A stretch of DNA of 64,000 bases from Gammaproteobacteria bacterium (GCA_965237805.1 OZ250153.1:928001-992000); one strand, 5' to 3'; counted from the stretch's first letter, positions 18,136 through 30,857 are shown. Translations and numbers: made by a program. Notes: generated by a model from the letters alone, not told the origin.

Positions 18136-18999
18136 TCAGCCACTCTCGGCACCCGCTTTGAGCTGCCCCATCAGCTGCTCCACCGCATCGTCGACCTGCA
18201 GGTGCAAATCCAGCGCCACGCCCCGCTGCGCCAAGGCGTGGCGCAGCAGGCCTAGCACCGGTGGCCGCACATGGCAGCGCGCCAACACCTCGGGCTGTGC
18301 AAATATCTCGCGCGGCGTACCACAGGCAACACAGCAACCGCCAGCGCTCAGCAGGTAGATGGTGTCGGCCAAAGTGGCGACCGTCTCAACATCGTGTATC
18401 GACATGATGATCGTGGTGCCGTGCTCGCGATTCAGCTGTTCGAGCAACACCACCAAATCATGGGTGCACAGCGGATCGATATCGGCGAAGGGCTCGTCCA
18501 GCACCAGCAGATCTGGCTCTAGGGCCAGCGCCCCGGCGATGGCAACTTTGGCTTTGTGGCCACCGCTCAGGTAGTGCGGCACGCGGTCTGCCAAATCTTC
18601 AATGTGCAGCTGCTCAAGCAGTTCGTCGACGCGGCGACGCAGCTGCGCCTCAGCTAACCCAGCGCTGCGCAGCGACAAGCCGATGTCCTCGCGCACAGTG
18701 GGGGCCAAAATCTGCCGTTCAGGGTTTTGTAGAACGGTGCCAATACGACGGCGCAGACGGCGGAAATCGCGCACCGGATGGTGCCCCAACACCTCAATGC
18801 CAGTCTGCTTCGTATTGCCGTAGAGACCGGACAGATGCATCAACAGAGTCGTTTTGCCAGAGCCGTTGCTCCCGAGCAGGGCGACTTTTTCACCCCGGCG
18901 CACCTGCAAATCCAAGTTTTCGAAATAGAGTTCGGTGCCGTCCTCATGACGGAAACGGAAAGCTTGGACGCTGACCGCCAACGGTTCTACTGTCATCAT
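18136..18999 (-). CDS. cbiO: ECF Co/Ni transporter ATPase (CbiO/NikO)
   Basis: Walker A GSNGSGKTT, QNPERQI, LSGG signature, LVLDEP; ATGA overlap with cbiQ. Confidence 0.85.
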   Translation of the reverse strand: MMTVEPLAVSVQAFRFRHEDGTELYFENLDLQVRRGEKVALLGSNGSGKTTLLMHLSGLYGNTKQTGIEVLGHHPVRDFRRLRRRIGTVLQNPERQILAPTVREDIGLSLRSAGLAEAQLRRRVDELLEQLHIEDLADRVPHYLSGGHKAKVAIAGALALEPDLLVLDEPFADIDPLCTHDLVVLLEQLNREHGTTIIMSIHDVETVATLADTIYLLSAGGCCVACGTPREIFAQPEVLARCHVRPPVLGLLRHALAQRGVALDLHLQVDDAVEQLMGQLKAGAESG

Positions 19000-19697
19000 C
19001 CGCCTCCACGCCACAACACATTGATCGCCAAGGTGGCCGCCAGCGCTGCAGCGGCCACTGCCACCGCTAGCCAACCGGCCAGCGACGTACCGCGTTGCCG
19101 GGGATTGTAGGCCAGAGCGCCACCATCGACACCGCGCAGGCGCATCACGCTGTACTGCTCCTCGGCCAGATCAAAGCCGCGCACTATGAACAGCGCCATG
19201 GCGGCGGGCAGGTTGCGGCTACCGCGCAGCCGGAGCGCCGTGCGGATATCGTCGAGCAGACTCAGCATTAAGAATAAGGCGCGGTAGCAAAGTAGCAGGC
19301 TCTGGCGCAACAGCGGCGGTAGCCAGCGGCCACCGACAGCAATCAGCTCCGGGTAGGGAGTGGTGGCAATCAGCAACACCGCCACCAATGTGCTGGACAG
19401 GGTGCGCAACAGCAGCAAAACGCTGGTCGTGGCCAACTCCAGCCCACCGCTCCATGTCACCAACAGCACGAACATGGTCGGATAGAGCGAGACCAAGAAC
19501 AGGATCCGCAAAGGGCAGCGGCTGGTGTGCGCCAGCGCCAACAACGCCATGTAGAGCAACAGCACAGGCACCACATGGTCGGCGCTGATGGCGGCGGCCA
19601 ACAGGAACACAGCGGCGAGCAGCTTGTACCCGGTGGGCAGACGGTGCAAGACGCTGTCCCCAACGTACGCAAAGTGGTCGATCAGGGCTAGCTTCAT
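18996..19697 (-). CDS. cbiQ: ECF transporter transmembrane T component (CbiQ/NikQ)
   Basis: S.LHRLP..K, ATTPYP, two LRG motifs; hydrophobic. Confidence 0.8.
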   Translation of the reverse strand: MKLALIDHFAYVGDSVLHRLPTGYKLLAAVFLLAAAISADHVVPVLLLYMALLALAHTSRCPLRILFLVSLYPTMFVLLVTWSGGLELATTSVLLLLRTLSSTLVAVLLIATTPYPELIAVGGRWLPPLLRQSLLLCYRALFLMLSLLDDIRTALRLRGSRNLPAAMALFIVRGFDLAEEQYSVMRLRGVDGGALAYNPRQRGTSLAGWLAVAVAAAALAATLAINVLWRGGG

Positions 19698-19762
19698 ATC
19701 GTTGCCAGCGCACCGCTACGGCACGCTGCCGATTGTGTCTGCGACTCTAGAGACAACCGCAC

Positions 19763-20521
19763 TCAGCCCCCCGGCAGCGGCGCGTCGCCATCGGGGAAAT
19801 AAGCGAGCAAGTTGGGGCGCACTCGGTGTACATAGTGGAGGACGAAAGCATTGATCGCCATCTCCAACGGCCATAGTAGCAGGGCGACGAGCAACACCAA
19901 GCGGATGAGGGGGTTGCGCGAGCCGCGCTCCGCGCCGAGCCCCGCTTCGGCATGTGCAGCTGCCAGCGGATCTTCGTGTGCCGAGTGCTGGACGTGCTCA
20001 TAGTGATGCTGAGCAGGCGGGCGTGCCTGACCGATATCGATCCCGATCCCGGCACCCAGAACAACAACACAGACCCCAGCGGAGGTGGCCAAGGCCAGCA
20101 CCGTAGCCAGTGCAGCCGCCGCACGCACAGCTTGCGGCCAGTGCCGCCGCACGGCTTGGAACAGAAAATAGCCCACTACCGGCTCGATTCCGGTGATCAG
20201 GCCGTTCAAGCCCACCAGCGTTAGACCGCCGTGTCCGAATAGCGCCAACAGCAAGGAAGCCGAGAAGGCGGTCAAGAAGCCCAGCGCTGGCCCCAACAGC
20301 ACTCCCGACAGCACCAGCAGGTTGAAGTGGTAGAAGGCGAACTGCACCGACATCGCCAACACGACAACGGCGGTGACAACGCCGAGTAGCGCCACGCGCC
20401 GCAGCTCGCCCCGGCGCACAACATAGTGGCTGGCGAGGTAGAGCAAGGCGATTTCGACCAGCCAAGCCAAGGCGGCAAACCACACTGGGAACAGACCGTC
20501 TGGCAGATGCAGATGCGACAT
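19763..20521 (-). CDS. cbiM: ECF Co/Ni transporter S component (CbiM/NikM)
   Basis: N-terminal MSHLHLPDG metal-binding motif, FGHGGLT..GLN; His-rich loop. Confidence 0.82.
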   Translation of the reverse strand: MSHLHLPDGLFPVWFAALAWLVEIALLYLASHYVVRRGELRRVALLGVVTAVVVLAMSVQFAFYHFNLLVLSGVLLGPALGFLTAFSASLLLALFGHGGLTLVGLNGLITGIEPVVGYFLFQAVRRHWPQAVRAAAALATVLALATSAGVCVVVLGAGIGIDIGQARPPAQHHYEHVQHSAHEDPLAAAHAEAGLGAERGSRNPLIRLVLLVALLLWPLEMAINAFVLHYVHRVRPNLLAYFPDGDAPLPGG

Positions 20522-20572
20522 GGCGCTACCGGGGCACTCAAGTTGGCTGCACTATAGCGAAGCTGTCAATAG

Positions 20573-22453
<1,881 letters not shown>

Positions 22454-22455
22454 CG

Positions 22456-23532
22456 ATGGGGGATGGCATGCGCGTTGGCATCGCTGGTGCTGGCCTCATG
22501 GGGCGGCTGCTGGCGTGGCGCCTGCTGCGCTGTGGCTGCCGAGTGCAACTCTACGATGCCGACCAGCCTGCGGGACGAGCCAGCGCTGGCATGACCGCCG
22601 CTGGCATGTTGGCAGCGGTCGGCGAGGCGGCCGATGGAGAAGCGGCTGTGGCGGCTCTGGGACGCGGCGCGGTCACTGCATGGCGCGGCTTGTTGGCAGA
22701 GCTCGATGCCGATGGTGCGCCCCCTGTGTGGTTGCAGGATCACGGCAGCCTAGTGGTGGCTCATGTGGCCGATGCCAACGAATTGGAGCGCCTGCGCCAA
22801 CGGCTGGCCGTACGCGTCGAAGCCGGGCGGTTCGATGTGTTGGACGCAGCGGCGCTGGGCGAGCTGGAGCCCGAATTGGCAAATCGCTTCGATCGCGGGC
22901 TGTTCCTGCCGGAAGAGGGTTGCCTCGACAATCGCCAGCTGTTGGTAGCGCTGGAATCTGCCATCCGCCGCCTAGGGGGCGAGTGGTTCGCCGGCACGCC
23001 GGTGGAAGCACTCTCGCCGGGGCGGTTGCGCTGTGCTGATGGCTGGCACCATTTTGATCTGGCGGTGGATTGCCGTGGTGCCGGTGCGGTCGGGCAGTGG
23101 TCGGGCCTGCGCGCCGTGCGCGGCGAGCTGCTGCGCATCGTAGCACCCGAATTGCGACTGTCGCGGCCAGTGCGTTTGGCTCATCCGCGCTATCAGCTGT
23201 ACATCGCCCCGCGCAGCGGCGATGCCTATGTGGTTGGAGCCACCGAGATCGAGAGCGCTGCGGACAGTGCGGTGACCGTGCGCTCTGCACTGGAATTGCT
23301 ATCGGCACTGTTCAGCCTGCACCCCGCTTTTGCAGAAGCCGAGCTGGTCGAGTTGAACGCTGCCTGCCGGGCGGCCTTCAGCGACCAGCTGCCGCGGGTG
23401 GAGGCCGAAGCTGGGCTGCTGCGCATCAACGGACTCTACCGTCACGGCTTCCTGCTGGCACCGGCGCTGCTGAACAAAGCCTTGGCCACGCTGCCGCTAC
23501 CGCAGCCGGTGCCGCTGGCGGTCGCCTCATAA
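22456..23532 (+). CDS. thiO: Glycine oxidase (thiazole synthesis)
   Basis: GAGLMGR, AAGML, GATEIES, NGLYRHGFL; thi operon context. Confidence 0.88.
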   Translation: MGDGMRVGIAGAGLMGRLLAWRLLRCGCRVQLYDADQPAGRASAGMTAAGMLAAVGEAADGEAAVAALGRGAVTAWRGLLAELDADGAPPVWLQDHGSLVVAHVADANELERLRQRLAVRVEAGRFDVLDAAALGELEPELANRFDRGLFLPEEGCLDNRQLLVALESAIRRLGGEWFAGTPVEALSPGRLRCADGWHHFDLAVDCRGAGAVGQWSGLRAVRGELLRIVAPELRLSRPVRLAHPRYQLYIAPRSGDAYVVGATEIESAADSAVTVRSALELLSALFSLHPAFAEAELVELNAACRAAFSDQLPRVEAEAGLLRINGLYRHGFLLAPALLNKALATLPLPQPVPLAVAS

Positions 23533-23536
23533 CACC

Positions 23537-23737
23537 GTGCGTATCCATATCAACGGCACTGTCTGCGAGCTGGTGTCCCCGTGTCCGCTGGCACAGCTGA
23601 TCGAGTCGCGCCACGGCATTGATGCCGAAGTCGCGGTGGCACTGAACGGGGATTTCGTGCCCCGCGCCGAGTGGCCCCGCCGCCAGCTGCGCGCCGAGGA
23701 CTGCGTCGATGTGGTCGCACCGGCAGAGGGGGGCTGA
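23537..23737 (+). CDS. thiS: Sulfur carrier protein
   Basis: 66 aa, AVALNGDFVPR, C-terminal GG. Confidence 0.93.
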   Translation: MRIHINGTVCELVSPCPLAQLIESRHGIDAEVAVALNGDFVPRAEWPRRQLRAEDCVDVVAPAEGG

Positions 23738-23740
23738 GCA

Positions 23741-24577
23741 ATGGCAACGCTGGCAGACAGCTGGACGCTCTACGGCAAAACACTGCAAAGCCGCCTGTTG
23801 CTCGGCACAGCACGCTACCCCTCACTCGACAGCCTCGGCGCGGCCGTGCGCGCCTCCGGGGCTCAAATCCTGACTGTCTCGTTGCGCCGACAGGCGCCGG
23901 AACGCAGCGGCGGACGCTCGTTGTGGCAGTTTCTGCAAGGCCTCGAGCGACAGCTGTTGCCGAACACCGCTGGCTGCCACAGTGTGAAGGAAGCGCTGGC
24001 GCTGGCCGAGATGGCGCGCGAGCTATTCGCCACCGACTGGATCAAGCTGGAAGTCATCGGCGACGACTACAACCTGCAGCCCGATCCACTAGCCACGGTG
24101 GAAGCGGCACGCGAGCTGGTGCGGAGCGGCTTCTGCGTCTTTCCATACTGCACCGAGGACTTGGTGCTCGCGCAACGCCTGTTGGAGGCAGGCTGTGAGG
24201 TGCTGATGCCGTGGGGCGCACCGATCGGCACTGGCCGTGGCCTGCTCAACCCCTATGCGCTGAGCACACTGCGCGAGCGCCTGCCCGAGGCGACGCTGAT
24301 CATTGATGCTGGCATCGGCCTGCCATCCGATGCGACACGAGCCATGGAAATGGGCTATGACGGCGTGTTGCTGAACACAGCGGTGGCCATGGCGGGCGAT
24401 CCGGAAGCGATGGCCGCCGCCTTTGCTGCCGCTGTGATCGCCGGTCGAGGTGCGCGGCGCGCCGAACCGATGCCGCCGCGCCAGACAGCGGTGCCAAGTA
24501 CACCGACCTTGGGCACACCGTTCTGGCATCAGGACGGACGCGCCGTCCGCGGTGGCGATGGCGGCGGCAAATCGTGA
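23741..24577 (+). CDS. thiG: Thiazole synthase
   Basis: [43 protein letters not shown]. Confidence 0.97.
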   Translation: MATLADSWTLYGKTLQSRLLLGTARYPSLDSLGAAVRASGAQILTVSLRRQAPERSGGRSLWQFLQGLERQLLPNTAGCHSVKEALALAEMARELFATDWIKLEVIGDDYNLQPDPLATVEAARELVRSGFCVFPYCTEDLVLAQRLLEAGCEVLMPWGAPIGTGRGLLNPYALSTLRERLPEATLIIDAGIGLPSDATRAMEMGYDGVLLNTAVAMAGDPEAMAAAFAAAVIAGRGARRAEPMPPRQTAVPSTPTLGTPFWHQDGRAVRGGDGGGKS

Positions 24578-26175
24578 ACACCGCTGGCGAGCCCCCCGTC
24601 ATCTGGGTGGTGGCTGGCTCTGACTGTAGTGGTGGTGCCGGCCTGCAGGCGGATGTGATCGCCTGTGCCGACTTCGGCTGCCATGCCTGCCCGGTGCTGA
24701 GCGCGGTGACAGCACAGAGCATGGACACATTGCGGGCAGTGTATCCCCTCGATGCCGAGCAGTTGAGGAGTCAATTGTCGGCGCTGGCCACGACGATGCC
24801 ACCGCGGGCGATCAAGCTCGGCATGCTGGGCGGTGCCGACACGCTGGGCGTGATCACCGATTTCCTAGACAATGACAAGACTTTCGTGGTCTGTGATCCA
24901 GTGCTAACGACCAGTGGCGGCGACCCCCTGATCGACACTCAGGGCATCGCGGCCATGCGCCATCAATTGCTGCCCAAGGTGGATTTGCTGACGCCAAATC
25001 TGCAGGAACTCAAACGGCTGTCGGGGCGTCAGAAAATCGCTCACCCGCAGGATATCGAAGAAGCCGCCAAGATCTTGCTCGGCTTCGGCGCCAAATCGGT
25101 GTTGGTCAAGGGCGGACATCTGCAGCTGGGCGGCGATGCAGATTTTTGCTGTGACTACTGGACCGACGGCATCGATCCCCACTGGTCGCGCAGCCCCCGT
25201 ATCGACACCGCACGGCAGCGGGGCACCGGTTGCACTCTGGCCTCAGCGGTGGCAGCAGCCAAGGCCCGCGGCCACCCATTGCGCGATGCGATGGTGCTGG
25301 CTCGTATGTACCTGAACCGCCGTCTCGGCGCGGGGCGAGGCACACAGCAGCTCGGTGCCCTGCCTTTGCACGACGGCGGCGAGAGTTTGGCCGAACTGCC
25401 GACGGTACACGATGAATACCCCAGTGCCTCGACCCCAAAATTTGCCGTCTGTCCCAGACGCCCAATAGCGTTGTACCCGGTAGTGGACAGCGCCAAGTGG
25501 GTCGAGCGCCTATTCCGGCTCGGTGTGCCCACCGTGCAGCTGCGCATCAAGAGCGGTGCGCGCAAGGGGATTGCGGCTGAAGTGGCACGCTCCGTGGCAC
25601 TGGCTCGACGCCACAGCGCCAAGCTGATCGTCAACGACTACTGGCGCATGGCCATTGAAGTGGGGGCGTGGGGAGTGCATCTGGGACAATCCGATTTGGC
25701 TGCCGCCGACTTGGACGCGATGGCGGTGGCTGGCCTGCGCTTGGGCGTCAGCGTCCACGGTTGGCACGAGTTGGCACGCGCCCATGCGGTGGCACCCAGC
25801 TACATCGCCATCGGGGCCATCTTCGAGACCACTAGCAAGGAGCTGCCGACCGCCCCGCAGGGGCTCGAGCGACTGGCACGCTGGTGCCGCCTGCTCAAGG
25901 GTCATTATCCGGTGGTGGCGATCGGTGGCATCGCGGCGGACAATGCACTGGAGGTGCTGGATGCTGGTGCCGACGGTATCGCTATGATCAGCGCCATCAT
26001 CGGCACCGACGATTGGGCAGCCGCCACGCGCCATCTGTTGCGGCTGAGCGGTGGCGCGGCACCGACGAGCAGCGGGCGACGCGGCAGGCTGAACCAGCGG
26101 ACACCACGGAGTAAACCGCCTTCGAGGCACCGCATCACAGCCTCATTCAGGGGGTGTCGTAGCCCATCGGATTAG
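24574..26175 (+). CDS. thiDE: Bifunctional HMP kinase/HMP-P kinase and thiamine-phosphate synthase (ThiD-ThiE fusion)
   Basis: [26 protein letters not shown], followed by LYPVVDS, VNDYW, GVHLGQ.D, VAIGGI. Confidence 0.9.
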   Translation: MNTAGEPPVIWVVAGSDCSGGAGLQADVIACADFGCHACPVLSAVTAQSMDTLRAVYPLDAEQLRSQLSALATTMPPRAIKLGMLGGADTLGVITDFLDNDKTFVVCDPVLTTSGGDPLIDTQGIAAMRHQLLPKVDLLTPNLQELKRLSGRQKIAHPQDIEEAAKILLGFGAKSVLVKGGHLQLGGDADFCCDYWTDGIDPHWSRSPRIDTARQRGTGCTLASAVAAAKARGHPLRDAMVLARMYLNRRLGAGRGTQQLGALPLHDGGESLAELPTVHDEYPSASTPKFAVCPRRPIALYPVVDSAKWVERLFRLGVPTVQLRIKSGARKGIAAEVARSVALARRHSAKLIVNDYWRMAIEVGAWGVHLGQSDLAAADLDAMAVAGLRLGVSVHGWHELARAHAVAPSYIAIGAIFETTSKELPTAPQGLERLARWCRLLKGHYPVVAIGGIAADNALEVLDAGADGIAMISAIIGTDDWAAATRHLLRLSGGAAPTSSGRRGRLNQRTPRSKPPSRHRITASFRGCRSPSD

Positions 26176-27172
26176 CCTGTTGCCAGCGCCAATGGTCCCG
26201 CGCCATCTGCTCCAAACCATATTCGGCGCGCCAATCCAGTTCGCGCTCGGCACGCGACACATCGGCGTAGATGGCGGCGATGTCGCCGGGACGTCGAGCT
26301 CGTACCTGCTGCGGCAGGGGGTGTCCGCAAGCGCGCTCGCAAGCGGCGATGACCTCGCGCACCGAATAGCCGCGACCGGTGCCCAGATTCCAGGTATGTA
26401 CCCCAGCTGCCTGCGACGCGTCGGCCAGCACCTCCAGCGCCCGCACATGTGCTGCGGCCAGATCCCAGACATGGATGTAATCGCGCACAGCAGTGCCGTC
26501 AGGCGTCGGGTAGTCGTCGCCGAATATGCTCAGCTCGGGCAGGCGTCCAGCGGCGACCTGGACGATGCGCGGCAAAAGATTGGCAGGTTCCCCACGCGGA
26601 TCTTCGCCGATGTTGCCGCTGGGATGGGCGCCGATGGGATTGAAATAGCGCAACAAAGCGGTGCGCCAACCGGGCTCGGCGACGGCAAGATCCCGCAACA
26701 GCTGCTCGATCAAGTATTTTGACCAACCGTAGGGATTGCTCGCTCCGGTCGGCGCCGATTCGTCGACTGGCACAGAACGCGGCTCGCCGTAGACCATGGC
26801 GGAAGAGCTGAACACCAGTGTTCGCAGACCAACCCGCTCCATCGCACGACACAGGTTGATCGTCCCGCGCAGGTTGACTTCGTAGTAGCGCAAGGGCTGC
26901 GCCACCGAGTCGGCCACCGCCTTGAGCCCGGCCAAGTGGATGACGCCATCATATGCACCCTCCTGCAACAGTGCCGCCAGCGCCTCGGCATCGAGCAGAT
27001 CCAATTCGACACACTGCGGGCGGCGACCGCTGAGCGCGGCGATGCGCGCGATCACTGCCGGATTGCTGTTGGCAAAGTTGTCCACCACCGTGGTCTCGTG
27101 GCCAGCGTCGAGCAGGGCGGCCACCACATGGCTACCGATGTAGCCAGCCCCGCCAGTTATCAGGATACGCAC
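26147..27172 (-). CDS. galE: UDP-glucose 4-epimerase
   Basis: TGGAGYIGSH, NPYGWSK, LRYFNPIGAH, DGTAVRDYIHV, RRPGD. Confidence 0.95.
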   Translation of the reverse strand: MRILITGGAGYIGSHVVAALLDAGHETTVVDNFANSNPAVIARIAALSGRRPQCVELDLLDAEALAALLQEGAYDGVIHLAGLKAVADSVAQPLRYYEVNLRGTINLCRAMERVGLRTLVFSSSAMVYGEPRSVPVDESAPTGASNPYGWSKYLIEQLLRDLAVAEPGWRTALLRYFNPIGAHPSGNIGEDPRGEPANLLPRIVQVAAGRLPELSIFGDDYPTPDGTAVRDYIHVWDLAAAHVRALEVLADASQAAGVHTWNLGTGRGYSVREVIAACERACGHPLPQQVRARRPGDIAAIYADVSRAERELDWRAEYGLEQMARDHWRWQQANPMGYDTP

Positions 27173-27189
27173 GCTGTGCCGACAGTGAT

Positions 27190-28386
27190 TCAGCTGCCCG
27201 ACGAGGGGCGGTCAAAACCATACATTGCGCGGTAGTCGGCAAATTCTCTTTCGATCCACGCGGCGTCGAGGCCAAATTCCTCAAGGCTGTACTCATGCTT
27301 GGCGCGCAATTCGCGCCGGTTGGCCTCACGCCAAGCCTCCATCTCCCGTTGCGCCTCTGCGCCCAACTCCAACCCCAAATGTTGATAAATCTTCTGGCTC
27401 ACCGCCATCGGATCGGAGATCGTCTCGTGGTAATCGATGTCGATAAAGCGGTCGGCGGGCAACTGTTCGCGCATACGCATCGCCCGGCGCAGGAAGTCAC
27501 GGCAACGCAGGCCCCACACTTGGACGATCTCCGAGCGATCTGGGTCGGGCATGTGCGCCGCCCAGCCGGAATAGATCATGCTGGCGAAAGAGGGGATCGT
27601 CTGCATCGGGTCGCGGTGGCTCTGCACCAGCGTGGCATCGGGGAAAACACGCATGATTTCGGCGATGCGCCCTAAATGCTCAGGCGATTTCAATACCCAG
27701 CGCTGGCCGCGATCGCCGCGACGACGCTTCTGCCACTGCAGGAATTTGAGCATCTTCTCCAGATAGCGGTACCCCAGCTCGTGGTCGGCACCGCGCTCCC
27801 AGCGGTCGTACGACGGGACATTGCACATCGACTGCGGCATGCCGCTCATAAAAGCGTGCTCAAGCAGCATGATCTCCTCGTCCGGACCGACCGGATCCAT
27901 CGGGTGGATGGCATCGAGCCCAGGGTAGTTCTCGAGCATGAAGCGCACTTCTTCCTCGGCGCGGGGGATACGCGGGTCAATCTCTTCCGCCTCGCTGCCC
28001 GGCAGCGGCACCGGGTAGCGACACTCATACCACAGCACAGCGAGGACTTCGGGATCGCTGGCCAACAGGCGATGCAACATCGTCGTGCCGGTGCGCGGCA
28101 AAGCGGCGATGAACACCGGAGCCTCGATGCGCTCGTCGAGAATCTCGGGATATCGCCGGAACCAGTCCTCGGCGTAGAGACGGTTTGCCAACAGGCCGAC
28201 AATGCGCTCGGCCAACACCGCCCGACCCGCCTCGTGGACACCGGACTCCTCGTCGATGGATCGCAGCAGCAGTTTCAGCGGCTCGATGAAGTCCTCCTGA
28301 GCGGCACCGAAGTCGTCACAGCCACTGCGCTGGCGGGCAGCGGCCAGCATCGCATCCAGTTCAAAGTTCGGCACACTGTCGTTCAT
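27190..28386 (-). CDS. Sulfotransferase family protein
   Basis: PAPS-binding ALPRTGTTMLH, WVLKSPEH, HRDP. Confidence 0.88.
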   Translation of the reverse strand: MNDSVPNFELDAMLAAARQRSGCDDFGAAQEDFIEPLKLLLRSIDEESGVHEAGRAVLAERIVGLLANRLYAEDWFRRYPEILDERIEAPVFIAALPRTGTTMLHRLLASDPEVLAVLWYECRYPVPLPGSEAEEIDPRIPRAEEEVRFMLENYPGLDAIHPMDPVGPDEEIMLLEHAFMSGMPQSMCNVPSYDRWERGADHELGYRYLEKMLKFLQWQKRRRGDRGQRWVLKSPEHLGRIAEIMRVFPDATLVQSHRDPMQTIPSFASMIYSGWAAHMPDPDRSEIVQVWGLRCRDFLRRAMRMREQLPADRFIDIDYHETISDPMAVSQKIYQHLGLELGAEAQREMEAWREANRRELRAKHEYSLEEFGLDAAWIEREFADYRAMYGFDRPSSGS

Positions 28387-28413
28387 CGCGACACCATCCG
28401 CCCAAACCGCACC

Positions 28414-29547
28414 CTAGGCGGCACCGGCCAAACTGTCCACCGCCACGACCTGGGTCTGCGGATGAGTAATGTCGTCGCGGTCGACCAGGCCGATCCAGCG
28501 GAATAGCATGGTGCCGCAGTCGTGCCCGGTGGTGCTGAGCCAGTTGGGCACACCGGGATCGCGGTGGGCGACAACAAAGCGCACACTGCCGTCGGCATTC
28601 TGCGTGGCGGTGAACTTATTCAGGTGGATACGGTGGTAGCGATAATCCAGCGATTCCAGCCAATAGTTGCAGAGCTGAAAATTCCAGTAGTCGCAATCTG
28701 GCACGCGATCCAGATCGACCACCAGCGCCTCGTCTGGTGCCAGCTGCCAGTAGGAGTTGTAATAGAGGATGTTGGGATCACCGCCGACGCGCTGGCAGAG
28801 CTCCTGATCTTCCAGCGGCAGGCGATTGGTATTTTCCTGATAGCGCGCCGACCAATCGCAAAATAGCCGCACCGTGCCGTCGAAGAATTTGCGGGCCGCC
28901 TCGAGATTGCTGCCGAACACGGCGGCATCAAGCGGTGCCGGTGCCGACCCGGCGTCCAAGCATTCGATGTCGATGTCGGCCAATTGCTCGCGGTCGCGAT
29001 GGGCGAAGGTCTGGCGGATCAGCAGGGCCTGGGTCTGCTCGGTGATCGGCAACCAATTGCCCTCGCGACGCTCTCTGCTGACACGGATCTCAAAGTTGCC
29101 GTCGGCATCGATCTCCAGATCGCCATTGTCGAGGAAGCCGGTGCTGAGCATGGTGCCGTCCTCACCGTAATTGCTGCCTTGGGAGAGAAAGCTGAGGTAG
29201 TGAACCGTGTTGCGTCGACCGTGGATACGGTACTCATGGTGCCCATCCACCACACATTTCTGGTAGCAGTTGTCGGGGTTATCGCCACCGATCTTGATGA
29301 TTTCGTCGCTGGGACGGTAGATCACCGGGAACTGGGGATCGTTGAATTCGACGAAGGTCTCCAGCGCCGTGCGGGCAATGCGAGCCACATAGCGGTAGCC
29401 CTCCGCCCGATCCAGTGGGCTGGACGCCGCCTCGCTACGCTGCACCTGGCGACCGGTCTCCCGCAACTGATCGCAGAATGCCTCCCACAAACTGCCGTCC
29501 ACCACGGCGCGTTCCAGCGCCTGCCGGTCGGGTGTCTGTGTCACCAT
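28414..29547 (-). CDS. DUF1214 domain-containing protein
   Basis: AEGYRY, GGDNPDNCY, YWNFQLCNYWLESLDY, VVAHRDPGVPNWLST.GH..G...RW. Confidence 0.82.
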   Translation of the reverse strand: MVTQTPDRQALERAVVDGSLWEAFCDQLRETGRQVQRSEAASSPLDRAEGYRYVARIARTALETFVEFNDPQFPVIYRPSDEIIKIGGDNPDNCYQKCVVDGHHEYRIHGRRNTVHYLSFLSQGSNYGEDGTMLSTGFLDNGDLEIDADGNFEIRVSRERREGNWLPITEQTQALLIRQTFAHRDREQLADIDIECLDAGSAPAPLDAAVFGSNLEAARKFFDGTVRLFCDWSARYQENTNRLPLEDQELCQRVGGDPNILYYNSYWQLAPDEALVVDLDRVPDCDYWNFQLCNYWLESLDYRYHRIHLNKFTATQNADGSVRFVVAHRDPGVPNWLSTTGHDCGTMLFRWIGLVDRDDITHPQTQVVAVDSLAGAA

Positions 29548-29718
29548 AGCTCTGTGCTTCCAACTGCCATGCCGCCCCAAGCCCAAGAAAGACACAAGCT
29601 GCGCCTGTATGAAGTGTATACTACGATATTGGTAGCGACTTGTAGCTGCCATGGTCATCATTGGGCGCGCCCATCGCCACAGTGGCTTGAGAGTTGTTTC
29701 TGAAAGAGGTTCTAAACA

Positions 29719-30831
29719 ATGCCCAAGCAGATGACAGCAGCCGTGCTGGAAGCCTCAAAGCAAAAATTCAGTCTGTCCGACAATGTCGAGATCATCGACC
29801 CCCGTGCTGGCGAAGTGCGGGTGCGAGTCAAGCACTGTGGCGTCTGCCACTCTGACCTCAGCGTGGCGGACGGCGTATTTGCGACCGAACAGCCAATCAT
29901 CTTGGGGCATGAAGCAGCTGGCACTGTCGATGCGGTCGGCCCCGGCGTCACCCACCTCGCCCCCGGCGATTCGGTGGTGCTATCACCTGCCCCACCCTGC
30001 GGGCACTGCTACTACTGCCAGCGCGACGAACAGAGCCTGTGTGTGGACTCCATCAGCCTGATGACCCACGCCCTGCCCTCAGGCGACACCGGGCTGTCTC
30101 GGGATGGTGCCCCCGTGTTGCGCGGCGTCGGCGTCGGCGCTTTCGCCGAATATGCGATCACCACCACCCACGGCGCGGTCAAGGTGCCAGCCGATGTGCC
30201 ACTGGATGTCGCCTGCGTCATCGGCTGCGCCATGCAGACCGGTGTCGGCGCGGTGTTCAACATCGCCCGCATGGAACCCGGCGCGACAGCGCTGATTATG
30301 GGCCTGGGCGGTATCGGCTTGGCCGCAGTGCAGGGAGCCGTGTTGGCCGGAGCCTCGCGGCTAATCGTCTCGGATCCGATCGCCGAACGACGCGAGTTGG
30401 CGGGCAGTTTCGGTGCCACCCATCTGCTGGATCCCAAACATGACGATGTGGTGGCTTGTGTGCGCGAGCTCACCGGCGGCATCGGCGTCGACTACGCTTT
30501 TGAAACCGCTGGTGTCGGCGCTCTGTTACAGCTCGGGCACGACGCGATCCGCAATGGCGGGACGCTGGTCTGTGTCGGCGCACCGCCACTGGATGCCACG
30601 CTGAAGATCGAACCGGCCGCGCTATTCGTCACTTCCCAAAAACGCATCCTCGGTTGCCTGCTCGGCGGTAGCAATTCACCCTATGAAATCCCACGGCTGA
30701 TCGGACTGTGGCGCACCGGGCGCTTGAATCTCGAGGCAATGATCACCCGGCGGCGCCCACTGGCCGAAATCGCTCACGCCTTTGATGATCTGCGACAGGG
30801 CATCGGCGTGCGCACCGTGCTGAATATCTGA
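29719..30831 (+). CDS. Zn-dependent alcohol dehydrogenase (MDR)
   Basis: CHSD, LGHEAAG, CGHCYYC, GCAMQTG.GA, GLGGIG. Confidence 0.92.
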   Translation: MPKQMTAAVLEASKQKFSLSDNVEIIDPRAGEVRVRVKHCGVCHSDLSVADGVFATEQPIILGHEAAGTVDAVGPGVTHLAPGDSVVLSPAPPCGHCYYCQRDEQSLCVDSISLMTHALPSGDTGLSRDGAPVLRGVGVGAFAEYAITTTHGAVKVPADVPLDVACVIGCAMQTGVGAVFNIARMEPGATALIMGLGGIGLAAVQGAVLAGASRLIVSDPIAERRELAGSFGATHLLDPKHDDVVACVRELTGGIGVDYAFETAGVGALLQLGHDAIRNGGTLVCVGAPPLDATLKIEPAALFVTSQKRILGCLLGGSNSPYEIPRLIGLWRTGRLNLEAMITRRRPLAEIAHAFDDLRQGIGVRTVLNI

Positions 30832-30857
30832 ACAGAGAGACGACTGGAGCTTGCGCC

